From: an uncultured Candidatus Binatia bacterium
Lineage (GTDB): Bacteria > Desulfobacterota > Binatia > Bin18
Direction of reading: 5' to 3'
Length of the DNA stretch: 64,000 nucleotides
Assembly (NCBI GenBank): GCA_965200965.1
Contig: OZ241744.1
Location: 1,376,001 to 1,440,000, forward strand
Part shown: piece by piece, positions 50,161-59,749 of the stretch
How positions within the stretch are numbered: position 1 is the first letter of the stretch
Layout of the letters: each line of letters begins with the position of its first letter
Position numbers and translations under genes: made by a program
The notes under the pieces: generated by a model
Databases searched by the model: none
Seen by the model: the letters and a program-made list of their open reading frames with translations, nothing else
Told to the model about the DNA's origin: nothing

Positions 50161-51072
50161 TCAGCGGAAGGCCTCAATGGTTTCCTGGAGGGCCACCATC
50201 TGATTGCCGTTTGCCGACGAGGGCACAAGAATCGGCGTCTTCAGACCGGTGTCATACCAGGCCTCAATCCCGTCCCGCACCTCAGAGACGCCGCCGTACA
50301 GGGTCGTCTGTTGCAGCCAGCGGTCCGACATCAGGGCCGGGAGCTTGTCGGGCTGTTTGTTGGCTACGGCCCGCTGGATATCCCGCATCTCCTCTTCAAA
50401 GCCAGCCTCAATCCAGTACTGCTGATAGTTGGGCAGGGTGACATACGACCTGAGTATGCGTCGCAGGACCTGAGCGGCCGCGGCCGTGTCGTCCGCAATA
50501 ACGGTCGGGATCATATTGCCGACAAAGAAGGTGTCATCCTGCATCTTGTCAGCCGGCAGAACGCTGAGCGAGGTTGGCATATGCGAGCGGGCGGCGTTGG
50601 CCCACACCGCGCCCTGCGACACCTCGGCCGACAGTCTGGCCATCGCCGTGCGCAGGGTGGCCAGAATAATCGGCGGCAGGCTATCGTTTTTCGGGAGTCC
50701 AGCCCGCATATCCTGGATGAAGCGGCGCACGTCGGCCAGCGGTTTGCCGACCTGGAGATTCATGCGTTTGTGGACCGGGCCGTGGCTCACCCCAATGCCG
50801 AACCGGAAGCGGCCGCCCGAGAGTTCGTGGAGAAAGGCCGCGGTTTGGGCGTAGTCGTAGGGGTGACGGGTATACAGGTTGGTAATGCTCGTGCCAAACG
50901 GGATTTCGTTGGTGACCAGGGCTAAGGCTTCGCACAGGGCAAGGCCATCGCCCACACTCTGGCAGTAGATGCCGCTGAAGCCTTCGCGTTCAAGCTGTTG
51001 GGCGACTTCCAGGGTTGCTTTGCGTCGTCCGGCAACCGCGACTAGGGCGACGGCGGGTTTGGGGTGTGGCAT
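50161..51072 (-). CDS. LLM class flavin-dependent oxidoreductase
   Basis: GTSITNLYTRHP, LSGGRFRFGIGVSH. Confidence 0.85.
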   Translation of the reverse strand: MPHPKPAVALVAVAGRRKATLEVAQQLEREGFSGIYCQSVGDGLALCEALALVTNEIPFGTSITNLYTRHPYDYAQTAAFLHELSGGRFRFGIGVSHGPVHKRMNLQVGKPLADVRRFIQDMRAGLPKNDSLPPIILATLRTAMARLSAEVSQGAVWANAARSHMPTSLSVLPADKMQDDTFFVGNMIPTVIADDTAAAAQVLRRILRSYVTLPNYQQYWIEAGFEEEMRDIQRAVANKQPDKLPALMSDRWLQQTTLYGGVSEVRDGIEAWYDTGLKTPILVPSSANGNQMVALQETIEAFR

Positions 51073-51160
51073 GACAATCCTCCTCGTTCGTAGACATGGG
51101 GCGGATTGTAGCTGGAGTTGGCCGGATTTGCTACGAGAGGATAGCTGAAAGGGGGAGACG

Positions 51161-51982
51161 ATGAACCTGTGGACAACCGAAACGAGCGACGGCGTGGTGC
51201 TGGCCCGCTATGACAACCCGCCGATGAATTATTTCTGCGCCGAAGGGGCGCAAGAGCTGAACCACCTCATTGAAACCTGGCGCGAGCCGTCCTGCCGAGC
51301 CGTTGTTTTGGGCGGCGCGCTGCCGGGCAAGTTCATCACCCACTACAGCGTGGAAGAACTCGTTGAGTTAGCCCGCAACCGGGACAAGATGCGGACGCTG
51401 GGCACCGCGCTAAGCACCGGCTATCACGCCATGTTGCTGCGTCTGCGCAATCTGTCCAAGCCAGTCATCGTAGCCATGAACGGCGACACAATGGGAGGTG
51501 GCTTTGAGTTGAGCCTGGCCGGCGATATCCGTATCGGCCAGCGTGGCGACTATCGATTCGGGCTGCCGGAAGTGAAGCTCGGTATTCTGCCGGGCGGCAG
51601 CGGGACCCAGCGGCTGTCCCGTTTGATCGGTCCTGGCCGGGCGGTCGAGTTTGTGCTGCGCTCGCGGGTGGTCCGTCCCGAAGAAGCCCTGGCGCTCGGT
51701 CTGGTCCACGAACTGGCCGATGACGCCCTGGCACGGGCGCAAGAGATTGGCCGGGAGATTGCCAACTTCCCGCCGCTGGCCGTGGCCCGGGCCAAACACG
51801 CCGTGTATGCCGGGAGCGACACCCACCTGAGCACCGGCCTGGATATTGAGAGCGCCGATTTTCTGGAGACCATGCTGTCAGACGACGGGCTGCTGGCCAT
51901 GCAAACCTATATCGATCTGCCGTATGACAAACGCCGCGACTGGCTCGAACGGCCGACCAATCCCGGCTATACGGGCCGCTAG
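51161..51982 (+). CDS. Enoyl-CoA hydratase/isomerase family
   Basis: FITHY, MGGGFELSLAGD, PEVKLGILPGGSGTQRL. Confidence 0.9.
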   Translation: MNLWTTETSDGVVLARYDNPPMNYFCAEGAQELNHLIETWREPSCRAVVLGGALPGKFITHYSVEELVELARNRDKMRTLGTALSTGYHAMLLRLRNLSKPVIVAMNGDTMGGGFELSLAGDIRIGQRGDYRFGLPEVKLGILPGGSGTQRLSRLIGPGRAVEFVLRSRVVRPEEALALGLVHELADDALARAQEIGREIANFPPLAVARAKHAVYAGSDTHLSTGLDIESADFLETMLSDDGLLAMQTYIDLPYDKRRDWLERPTNPGYTGR

Positions 51983-52104
51983 GCCCCTCGTGTCTTCCCG
52001 GCTCGGTTGAGCTATGATGGTGTGGCCCTGCCACCTTACCATGTGCTACTCTTCATCTATTATGAGGTCGTGGATCCCGCCGGGATCGTAGAAGGAGTAC
52101 CGCG

Positions 52105-54099
52105 ATGCGTCGTCCTGTCCTATTTGCATGCCTGTTCACCGTCCTGTTCGGAAGCAGCCCGAGTTGGAGCCAGACCACCTCAGCCTCCCCCTCAGCGCCC
52201 ACCCTGACGAGCCTAGCGAGCGAGGTCGCAACCTTGAAGGCTACTGTCACTACCTTGCGGACCACCGTGGCCAAGCTGACCCGCTACATTCAGGTTATCG
52301 AGAATGCAGCCACCAGCACCTACCATGGCCTGAGCAGTCCGCATGTGGTCTTCACCGGGGCCAATGTCCACATCCGCAGCGGGTCGTCGGGGGTGACCCA
52401 TAAAGGACGGACCGTGAACGATGGCTGGGTCTCCGAACCCCTGGGGCTGGGCAACCTGATTATCGGCTACAACGAGGCGAACACTTGGCCGACTGCGGAT
52501 ACGGCCCAGCGGGGCGGCTCGCACAACTTGGTGATCGGGAGGTATCATCAGTACCCCACCTCTGGTGGGTTGGTGGCGGGGGAGGATAACGTCATCTCCG
52601 GCCATGCGGCGAGCGTGAGCGGCGGCACTCGGAACACAGCCAGCGGTCCTGCGGCGAGCGTGAGCGGCGGCACTCAGAACACAGCCAGCGGTCCTGCGGC
52701 GAGCGTGAGCGGGGGCTACCGCAACCGCTCCAGCGGCTATCACACCAGCGTGAGCGGCGGCGGTCAGAACACGGCCAGCGGCTCTAACTCCAGCGTGAGC
52801 GGCGGCCATGCCAACACGGCGACGAGCATCGCGGCGAGCGTGAGCGGGGGGCTAGAGAACACGGCCAGCGGCTCTAACTCCAGCGTGAGCGGGGGGCTAG
52901 AGAACACGGCCAGCGGCTCTAACTCCAGCGTGAGCGGCGGCCGTCTGAACAGGGCCAACGGAGGGAACTCCAGCGTGAGCGGCGGCCACAGCAACACGAC
53001 CCGGCATTATGACTCCAGCGTGAGCGGCGGCCATGCCAACACGGCCAGCGGCTGGGCGGCGAGCGTGAGCGGCGGCACTCAGAACACAGCCAGCGGCGCT
53101 GACTCCAGCGTGAGCGGCGGCACTCAGAACACAGCCAGCGGTCCTGCGGCAAGCGTGAGCGGCGGCTACCGCAACCGCTCCAGCGGCTATCACACCAGCG
53201 TGAGCGGCGGCGGTCAGAACACGGCCAGCGGCGCTGACTCCAGCGTGAGCGGCGGCGGTCAGAACACGGCCAGCGGCTCTAACTCCAGCGTGAGCGGGGG
53301 GCTAGAGAACACGGCCAGCGGCTCTAACTCCAGCGTGAGCGGCGGCCGTCTGAACAGGGCCAGCGGAGGGAACTCCAGCGTGAGCGGCGGCCACAGCAAC
53401 ACGACCCGGCATTATGACTCCAGCGTGAGCGGCGGCCATGCCAACACGGCCAGCGGCTGGGCGGCGAGCGTGAGCGGCGGCGGTCAGAACACGGCCAGCG
53501 GCGCTGACTCCAGTGTGAGCGGCGGCACTCAGAACACAGCCAGCGGCGCTGACTCCAGCGTGAGCGGCGGCGTCGGCAACATGGCCAGCGGCTCTAACTC
53601 CAGCGTGAGCGGGGGTGCCAACAACACGGCCAGCAGCCGCCAGTCGAGTGTGAGCGGGGGCCTCAGCAACACGGCCAGCGGTGCTCACTCCAGTGTGCTC
53701 GGTGGCGGCCGCAACACGGCCAACGGCTTTAACTCCAGCGTGAGCGGGGGTGCCCGCAACACGGCCAGTGGTCAGGCGACGAGCCTGAGCGGGGGCTGGG
53801 GCAACACGGCAGGTGACTATGGGGCCAGCGTCAGCGGCGGCATTCGCAACAGGGCCCTGGGCCGGATGGCCAGTGTGAGCGGCGGCAGGGACAACAGGGC
53901 CCTGGCTAATGAATCCAGCGTGAGCGGGGGCAAGAACAACACGGCGATCGGGAAGCGGAGCAGCATCAGCGGGGGCGAAAACCAGACGGTCAACGGCGAC
54001 CTCTGGTCCTGCTGGGGCTGGGGGGCCGTGCCTCGCCCGCTCGTCCCGTCCAGAGACAGTCCCTTTCGCCAACATTCCGTCGGGCTGTTGCGCCCATAG
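52105..54099 (+). CDS. Secreted Gly/Ser-rich protein with 31 x 15-aa SVSGGxxNxAxGxxS repeats (predicted beta-solenoid)
   Basis: AGAAGGAG RBS, signal peptide, short coiled coil, GLGNLIIGYNE domain, repeat array. Confidence 0.85.
   Translation: MRRPVLFACLFTVLFGSSPSWSQTTSASPSAPTLTSLASEVATLKATVTTLRTTVAKLTRYIQVIENAATSTYHGLSSPHVVFTGANVHIRSGSSGVTHKGRTVNDGWVSEPLGLGNLIIGYNEANTWPTADTAQRGGSHNLVIGRYHQYPTSGGLVAGEDNVISGHAASVSGGTRNTASGPAASVSGGTQNTASGPAASVSGGYRNRSSGYHTSVSGGGQNTASGSNSSVSGGHANTATSIAASVSGGLENTASGSNSSVSGGLENTASGSNSSVSGGRLNRANGGNSSVSGGHSNTTRHYDSSVSGGHANTASGWAASVSGGTQNTASGADSSVSGGTQNTASGPAASVSGGYRNRSSGYHTSVSGGGQNTASGADSSVSGGGQNTASGSNSSVSGGLENTASGSNSSVSGGRLNRASGGNSSVSGGHSNTTRHYDSSVSGGHANTASGWAASVSGGGQNTASGADSSVSGGTQNTASGADSSVSGGVGNMASGSNSSVSGGANNTASSRQSSVSGGLSNTASGAHSSVLGGGRNTANGFNSSVSGGARNTASGQATSLSGGWGNTAGDYGASVSGGIRNRALGRMASVSGGRDNRALANESSVSGGKNNTAIGKRSSISGGENQTVNGDLWSCWGWGAVPRPLVPSRDSPFRQHSVGLLRP
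52612..54006 (+). repeat. Coding tandem array, 31 x 45 bp, no phase break
   Basis: AGCGTGAGCGG core recurs every 45 nt; unit 31 starts exactly at 53962. Confidence 0.9.
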
Positions 54100-54111
54100 G
54101 AGGAAAAACAT

Positions 54112-55914
54112 ATGCCATACGCAGGTCTGCACAAGCTGCTGCGCAGTACGATCGCTGCAAGCGCGTTCTTGCTTGTTCTCCCAGGTGAGGCGTCTGCCGT
54201 AGGCGGAAGAGCCCAGACACCTGAGCCGACACCGGCTGCCGCCCCCGCCTCGGTCCCGGCACCGCCGGCCCAGAACGACACCTCCCAGCTTGGCGATTTC
54301 AAGCTGGTCACCCACGCTCGTCTGCTCAAGGGCACGCAAGACCCCTCGGCTTGGCTGATGTACGGCGGCAGCTATGACAGCACCCGCTTCAGCCCGCTGA
54401 CCGATATCAACCGCGCCAATGTGAAAAAACTCCAGGCGGCATGGATGTTTCAAACCGGGGTCCCGGCCCAGTTCCAGGCCTCGCCGGTTGTGGCTGACGG
54501 CGTCATGTATATGACGGCTGCCTTCAACCATGTGTATGCGCTGAATGCCGAAACGGGCGAGATGCTATGGCGTTATGACCACCCCCTGCCGGGTGATATG
54601 CGGGTGTGCTGCGGCCCCAGCAACCGGGGCGTGGCAATAAGCGGCGATACGGTCTTTATGGCGACCCTCGACGCCCGCCTCGTCGCCCTCCAGGCCCAGA
54701 CCGGGGCCCTGGTGTGGCAGGTTGAGATCGACGATTACCGCAAAGGCTATAGCGCAACCGCCGCGCCCCTCATCGTCAAGAACAAGGTCATCGTCGGGAT
54801 TGCCGGTGGCGAGTATGGCATTCGTGGCTATGTGGATGCCTATCACGCGCAGACCGGAGCGCGCCGGTGGCGCCGTTATACCACCCCAGGCGCGGACGAA
54901 CCCGGGTCTGAAACCTGGTCCGGCGACTCGTGGAAGATCGGCGGCGGGCCGACCTGGATCACCGGCTCCTATGACCCTGAGCAGGACCTGATTTTCTGGG
55001 CAACCGGCAACCCGTCTCCCGACTGGAACGGTGATGTCCGCGAGGGAGATAATCTGTATACCGACTCGGTGCTGGCCCTGGAGCCGGAAACCGGCGCGAT
55101 CAAGTGGCATTTCCAGTTTACGCCGCACGATATCTGGGACTACGACGGCAATACCGACCTGTTTCTGATTGACGTTGAGCGGAGCGGGAAGACCGTCAAA
55201 GCCCTGGCCCAGCCCAACCGCAACGGCTACCTGTATGTGCTTGACCGAACCTCGGGCGAGTTTCTGCACGGCTCGCAGTATGTGGAACAGCTCAACTGGG
55301 CCAAGGGCCTTGACGAGCAGGGCCGCCCCATTGTGAACCCCGAATACGTCCCGACCAAGGAGGCCGGCAACTTTATCTGCCCAGGCTCGGTCGGCGGCAA
55401 AAACGGCTCGTGGACCGCAGCCTACAGCCCCATCACCAGGTACATGTATCTGCCGGTGGTCGAGAGTTGCTGGCAGATGACCAAAGGCGCGGCCACCTTT
55501 ATTCAGGGCATCCCTTTCTGGGGCGGCGGGCCAGGCAAGACGCAGGCCGACGACCAGTCGTCCTACGGCCATCTGTCCGCGGTAGACGTGTCAAGCGGAG
55601 CGGTGAAGTGGCGCTACAAAGACGACTATCCCCTGGTCGGCGGCACGATGGCCACCGCTGGCGGCCTGGTGTTTACCGGCGACCAAAAGGGCTATGCGCT
55701 GGCGTTTGACGACACCACAGGCGAGCTGCTGTGGAAGTTCCAGACCGGCTCAACCGTGCGCGGCCAGCCGGCAACCTACAAGGTCAACGGGCGTCAATAT
55801 GTGGCGATTCCGAGCGGCGGCGGCGGCTTGGCCGTGTCTCTGGTTGGCGAGAACCCGCTGGCGTCCAAAGGCAGCGCCCTGTTTGTGTTCGCCCTGCCCG
55901 AGGGTGAAGAATGA
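54112..55914 (+). CDS. PQQ-dependent alcohol dehydrogenase (methanol/ethanol family), probably lanthanide-dependent
   Basis: Vicinal CC (RVCCGPSNRG), GGEYGIRG, GNPSP, HDIWDYDG, tryptophan-docking repeats. Confidence 0.9.
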   Translation: MPYAGLHKLLRSTIAASAFLLVLPGEASAVGGRAQTPEPTPAAAPASVPAPPAQNDTSQLGDFKLVTHARLLKGTQDPSAWLMYGGSYDSTRFSPLTDINRANVKKLQAAWMFQTGVPAQFQASPVVADGVMYMTAAFNHVYALNAETGEMLWRYDHPLPGDMRVCCGPSNRGVAISGDTVFMATLDARLVALQAQTGALVWQVEIDDYRKGYSATAAPLIVKNKVIVGIAGGEYGIRGYVDAYHAQTGARRWRRYTTPGADEPGSETWSGDSWKIGGGPTWITGSYDPEQDLIFWATGNPSPDWNGDVREGDNLYTDSVLALEPETGAIKWHFQFTPHDIWDYDGNTDLFLIDVERSGKTVKALAQPNRNGYLYVLDRTSGEFLHGSQYVEQLNWAKGLDEQGRPIVNPEYVPTKEAGNFICPGSVGGKNGSWTAAYSPITRYMYLPVVESCWQMTKGAATFIQGIPFWGGGPGKTQADDQSSYGHLSAVDVSSGAVKWRYKDDYPLVGGTMATAGGLVFTGDQKGYALAFDDTTGELLWKFQTGSTVRGQPATYKVNGRQYVAIPSGGGGLAVSLVGENPLASKGSALFVFALPEGEE

Positions 55915-55921
55915 GCAGGCC

Positions 55922-56761
55922 ATGACGCGATTTTTCAGTGCCATCTGCCTTGTCGTCCTGGCTGTGTGTCCGGTGTCTGGCCAGGACAGGGCGGTTTTCC
56001 GCGCGTGTTTGCTGGCCGATAATCCGCCCTACTCCTGGCAGGCCGACGAGAGCGGTTTTGACCTTGAGACAGCCCGGGCGGTTGCCGAGTCAATAGGACG
56101 CAGGTTTCAGCCGGTCTGGGTTGCCCACGACACCCGGATCACCGAGATTGATGAGACCGACCTGCCCGTCTTTGGTCTCTCGCGTAGCCAGTGTGACGCG
56201 ATTTTCAGCGTGCCGGGCCAAGAAGCGCTGAACGAAGCGCCGGCGCTGGTGGTCGGAGAGCCGTACTACGGGGCCGGCTTTGAGCTGCTTGGACCGACTG
56301 CAAACAGTCCCCGCGGTCTGGACGATATCGGACAGCGGCCGGTTGCGGTTCGGGCGCAAACGATCGCGCATTTCATGCTGAGCGCCCGGCGCATCCAGAC
56401 CTTTACCACCTTCTCTCTTGAAGAGGCGCTCGGCGCGGTCAGCAGCGGCAAAGCGGCCGCCGCCCTGGTGTGGGGACCAAAAGCGGGCTGGCACTTGCGC
56501 ACCCATCCTGAACTGCCCTTCCGGCTCGTTGATACGCGCGAGCCGCCCAGCGTGGTGCGCTGGAACGAATCGGTCGCCACCCGCAAAGCCGATGCCGAGT
56601 TGCGCCAGGCCATTGACGGCGCGCTCAGCCGGCTGGCGGAAGCCGGTGCTCTCACCCGTTTGCTCGAAAAATATGGGATTCCCGCCCACCGTCCTTTTGC
56701 CACCACATACAGTTTTGCCGAGATGCAGCAGCTCATGTTTCACTCACTGAGCAATCGCTGA
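55922..56761 (+). CDS. XoxJ/MxaJ-like periplasmic binding protein
   Basis: NPPYS...GFDLE, PYY, ALVWGP, LEKYGIP; directly follows the PQQ-ADH. Confidence 0.75.
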   Translation: MTRFFSAICLVVLAVCPVSGQDRAVFRACLLADNPPYSWQADESGFDLETARAVAESIGRRFQPVWVAHDTRITEIDETDLPVFGLSRSQCDAIFSVPGQEALNEAPALVVGEPYYGAGFELLGPTANSPRGLDDIGQRPVAVRAQTIAHFMLSARRIQTFTTFSLEEALGAVSSGKAAAALVWGPKAGWHLRTHPELPFRLVDTREPPSVVRWNESVATRKADAELRQAIDGALSRLAEAGALTRLLEKYGIPAHRPFATTYSFAEMQQLMFHSLSNR

Positions 56762-56775
56762 CCCGAGGGAGCGCT

Positions 56776-57192
56776 ATGAGTCGTCTGGCGGCCGGTTTCT
56801 CTTTTTTGGTGTGGAGTCTCTTCGGTATCGCAACAGGGCCGACCCTCGGCCAGGACAGCAATCCGTTTGCCGGTGATGCGGCCGCCATTGTCGAGGGCGA
56901 GGCCCTGTTTCAGGCCGTGTGTACCGGCTACTGCCACGTCGCCCCGGACAGCCAGCGCGACGCCAAATGCCCGGACCTGTTTGACTGTGAGTGGAAGAAC
57001 GGCGGCAGCGACAAAGAGATGTTTCAAGTCCTGCTCGACGGCGTGCCCAACACCGAGATGGTCCCTTTCAGGGGCCAGTTGCCCGACGATATGCTGTGGC
57101 AGATTGTGGCCTATGTGAAATCCGCTTCGCGCTGCGAAGAGGGCAGCGCCGCCGTGGATCAAAAAACCTCCGCGGTGTCCGCCCACGAATAG
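56776..57192 (+). CDS. Class I cytochrome c (XoxG/PedF-like) with CX3CH motif
   Basis: Signal peptide, NPF..D..AI.EG..LF, CTGYCH, distal Met (TEMVPF), WQIVAYV. Confidence 0.8.
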   Translation: MSRLAAGFSFLVWSLFGIATGPTLGQDSNPFAGDAAAIVEGEALFQAVCTGYCHVAPDSQRDAKCPDLFDCEWKNGGSDKEMFQVLLDGVPNTEMVPFRGQLPDDMLWQIVAYVKSASRCEEGSAAVDQKTSAVSAHE

Positions 57193-57204
57193 GAGGGGAG
57201 AGCA

Positions 57205-58176
57205 ATGATACGTCTGACTGCACGAAGTTTCTCAGTGTTGCCCTTTGCCCTGTGCTTTGTGACATGGGCCTTTTCCGCCTCGGCCGCGGCCCAGCCCTTT
57301 GCCTATGTCAGTCACGAAAAGTCAAACGATGTGTGGGTCATCAATACCCGGACCGACGAGGTGGTGGCCAAAGTCCCGGTCGGCGACCGGCCGCGCGGGC
57401 TTGTCGTGTCCGCGGACGGCAAACGGGTGTACGCCGCCAACGGCAACTCCAACGATATCTCGGTCATTGACGCCGAAACTAATACCGTCGTGGAGACCTT
57501 CCCGGTCGGCATTGACCCCGAAGGCATTGACCTCAGTCAGGACGAGAGCCTGCTCTTTGTGGTCAACGAAAACGAGGGTGTGATGCGCGTTGTTGAACTG
57601 GCCACCAAGAAGGTGCTCGCCACCGTCGAGGCCGGCATAGAGCCGGAAACAGTGGTGCTCTCGCCGGATGGCCGGCTGGCCTTTGTGCCGAATGAAACCT
57701 CCCACGATGTGACCGTCATTGACGCCCAGACCTATCAGGTCCTGCGCTCGATCAAGGTCGGCGAGAATCCGCGCGGGGTGGCGTTTCTGCCCGACGGTAA
57801 AACCGCCTATGTGAGCAGCGAGCGCAGCAATACGGTGGCGGTGATTGATGTCGAAAAGCTGGCCGTGACCGACACCATCGCCATGGGCGAGCGGCCAGTC
57901 GGCATCTCTGTGCTGCCGGACGGCTCAAAAGTCTATGTGGTGCATGGCCGGGCCAATGACGTACGGGTGATTGATCCACACACCAAGCAGGTGACTAAGA
58001 CCATCCCCCTGGGCGGCCAGCGGTGCTGGTGGTCGGCCCTGACCCCGGACGGCAAGAAGCTCTACGCCACAATGGGCCGGTCTGACGGCTTGGCCGTGAT
58101 CGATACTACAACCGATACGCTGCTGAAGACCATTGCGGTCGGCAATGTCCCCTGGGGAGTAGCAGTCACGCCCTGA
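57205..58176 (+). CDS. YVTN/YncE beta-propeller protein (PQQ catabolism-associated)
   Basis: Repeated VGxxPxGxxxSPDGxxxYVxN units. Confidence 0.88.
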   Translation: MIRLTARSFSVLPFALCFVTWAFSASAAAQPFAYVSHEKSNDVWVINTRTDEVVAKVPVGDRPRGLVVSADGKRVYAANGNSNDISVIDAETNTVVETFPVGIDPEGIDLSQDESLLFVVNENEGVMRVVELATKKVLATVEAGIEPETVVLSPDGRLAFVPNETSHDVTVIDAQTYQVLRSIKVGENPRGVAFLPDGKTAYVSSERSNTVAVIDVEKLAVTDTIAMGERPVGISVLPDGSKVYVVHGRANDVRVIDPHTKQVTKTIPLGGQRCWWSALTPDGKKLYATMGRSDGLAVIDTTTDTLLKTIAVGNVPWGVAVTP

Positions 58177-58977
58177 TCAGAACCGCCACACCAGCAGGAA
58201 CTGCGGAACGCTCTCGTCGTTTTCCGTGCCCAGCTTATTCATCCAGTACTGGTACTCCAGGCCGATAAAGACCCGGTTGGCCGTCCCCAGCAGCGCCTCG
58301 CCCAGGTCCAGCCGGAGCTGCGGTTGGGCCAGAATCCAGCTTTTGACCCGATTGCCGAACTCGTTGGTCCGGACATCTATGTACTCGGCGTGCCCTTCGA
58401 TTGAGAAAGACAGGCCGCGGATACTGAAGGGGTAGGCCCAGTTGATGTCGAGCATGAAGCTGTCGCTCTCTTTGGGCGCACCGCCGCGCGACACGCCCCG
58501 GCTGTCGTCAATATAGGCGGTCAACTCAGTATTCAGAAACGCAAAACCCGGCAGATTCCAGGCGATACGCAGGCCGGGCAGGTATTTGATGACCTTGGCG
58601 TCTACGCTGACGTTGAGGCCGAGGAGCAGCGAGAAGTCCTTGATCGGCCCGATGCCGAGATGCTTGCCGGTCAGCTTGCCGAGGCTGAAGCTGGGATACC
58701 ACTCGAAGTACAGGTCGGTATCGTTGAAGTTGTCTCTTTCGACGTCTTCAATGAAATCGGCAAAAAAGAAGCTCTCGCCATACTTCCAGCCCAGGGCGTT
58801 CTGGAGGGTGAGGATGAAGGTATCATCGTTGAGGTCCGAAAACGGGTTTTCGAGATGCCCGTACTGGAAGTGTAACTCGGTCGTACTCCAGTCCACAAGG
58901 CCGGCCGCAGCCGGTGAGGCGGTCAGTAAGAGGGCCAGGAGCGCGGCACACACAGCGAGGCGGGGGCGGTCGGGCAT
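58177..58977 (-). CDS. Outer-membrane protein, Tsx-like
   Basis: Signal peptide, WSTTELHFQYG, GWKYGESFFF, EYQYWMNKLG, C-terminal VWRF. Confidence 0.75.
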   Translation of the reverse strand: MPDRPRLAVCAALLALLLTASPAAAGLVDWSTTELHFQYGHLENPFSDLNDDTFILTLQNALGWKYGESFFFADFIEDVERDNFNDTDLYFEWYPSFSLGKLTGKHLGIGPIKDFSLLLGLNVSVDAKVIKYLPGLRIAWNLPGFAFLNTELTAYIDDSRGVSRGGAPKESDSFMLDINWAYPFSIRGLSFSIEGHAEYIDVRTNEFGNRVKSWILAQPQLRLDLGEALLGTANRVFIGLEYQYWMNKLGTENDESVPQFLLVWRF

Positions 58978-59151
58978 GAGGTTTCCTCCGTTCAGGGCTG
59001 GAGCACAAGCATGAGGATACACACCGCTACAGGGCGTAGAAGGCGGCCCCGGTTGCTTTTTTGAAGTACGAAAGTTGTGGCTTTTTCATGGCTGCTCTTA
59101 CCCTTGTCATTCTCCTGGACTGGTTTGATGCTTTTAGGATAGAGACGAGTA

Positions 59152-59519
59152 TCAACGCTTCAAGGGCAGAACCCGGGCTCTGGAGCTCCTTTCGTCTACC
59201 ACGATCAAGGCTCCTGCCTCCAGGAACGCCTCGTGCTGCCGAATGGCCGCAACGACTAGAGCCTCAAGATGCTCTGGTACGACATTTTGGGCGCGTACTT
59301 GGATAACGCTCGGTCCTCTGGCGTTGGTGAGAGCCAGTAACATGCCGAAATCCAAATGTGAGTAAAGACGACAGACCGGCTCTCTCGTGCCCAGTCCATA
59401 ATGACCCGATCTGCGGCACACGGATCACCGACCACCGACCAGTGTACAGCAGACCAACCATGACATGCGAAGACCTCTCTCCATCTGGGTGAAAGATTCA
59501 TGTCAATGAGGAATTTCAT
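59152..59519 (-). pseudogene. DUF5615 PIN-like (VapC45-type) toxin, frameshifted
   Basis: MKFLIDMNLSP...VFTH / LDFGMLLAL...GPSVIQVR; 1-nt loss near 59356 in the conserved THDLDFG. Confidence 0.8.
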
Positions 59520-59749
59520 GGGTGGCTGATGTGAGATTCAAATTCTTCAGCCCGCCATGCAGCATATGCCAGTGCTCTACGGATATCTTCTTCCTCCAAA
59601 TAGGGATAGGCATCCAGGATCTGTTCGGTAGAATGACCTGCGGCGAGCAAGCCCACCACGGTCCCTACGGTTACACGCAGCCCACGAATACAGGGTTTCC
59701 CGCCCATGACTGCTGGATCGAGGGTGATATGTGTCGGAGGTTTCATCAT
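59516..59749 (-). CDS. DUF433 (VapB45-type) antitoxin
   Basis: ITLDPAVMGGKPCIRGLRVTV...ILDAYPYLEEEDI; ATGA overlap with the toxin. Confidence 0.9.
   Translation of the reverse strand: MMKPPTHITLDPAVMGGKPCIRGLRVTVGTVVGLLAAGHSTEQILDAYPYLEEEDIRRALAYAAWRAEEFESHISHP

Noticed and set aside
52612-54006. CRISPR-like periodic array (constant core plus variable segment every 45 nt)
   Set aside because: The period is a multiple of 3 inside an open ORF, the 'spacers' are repeated and related, and there are no cas genes; it is a coding repeat.
52105-54099. Diversity-generating retroelement target
   Set aside because: No reverse transcriptase or TR/VR pair in the window, and the variation is modular rather than adenine-specific.
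53302-54531. Long antisense ORFs over the repeat gene (also 52213-52809)
   Set aside because: By-product of the stop-poor repeat sequence.
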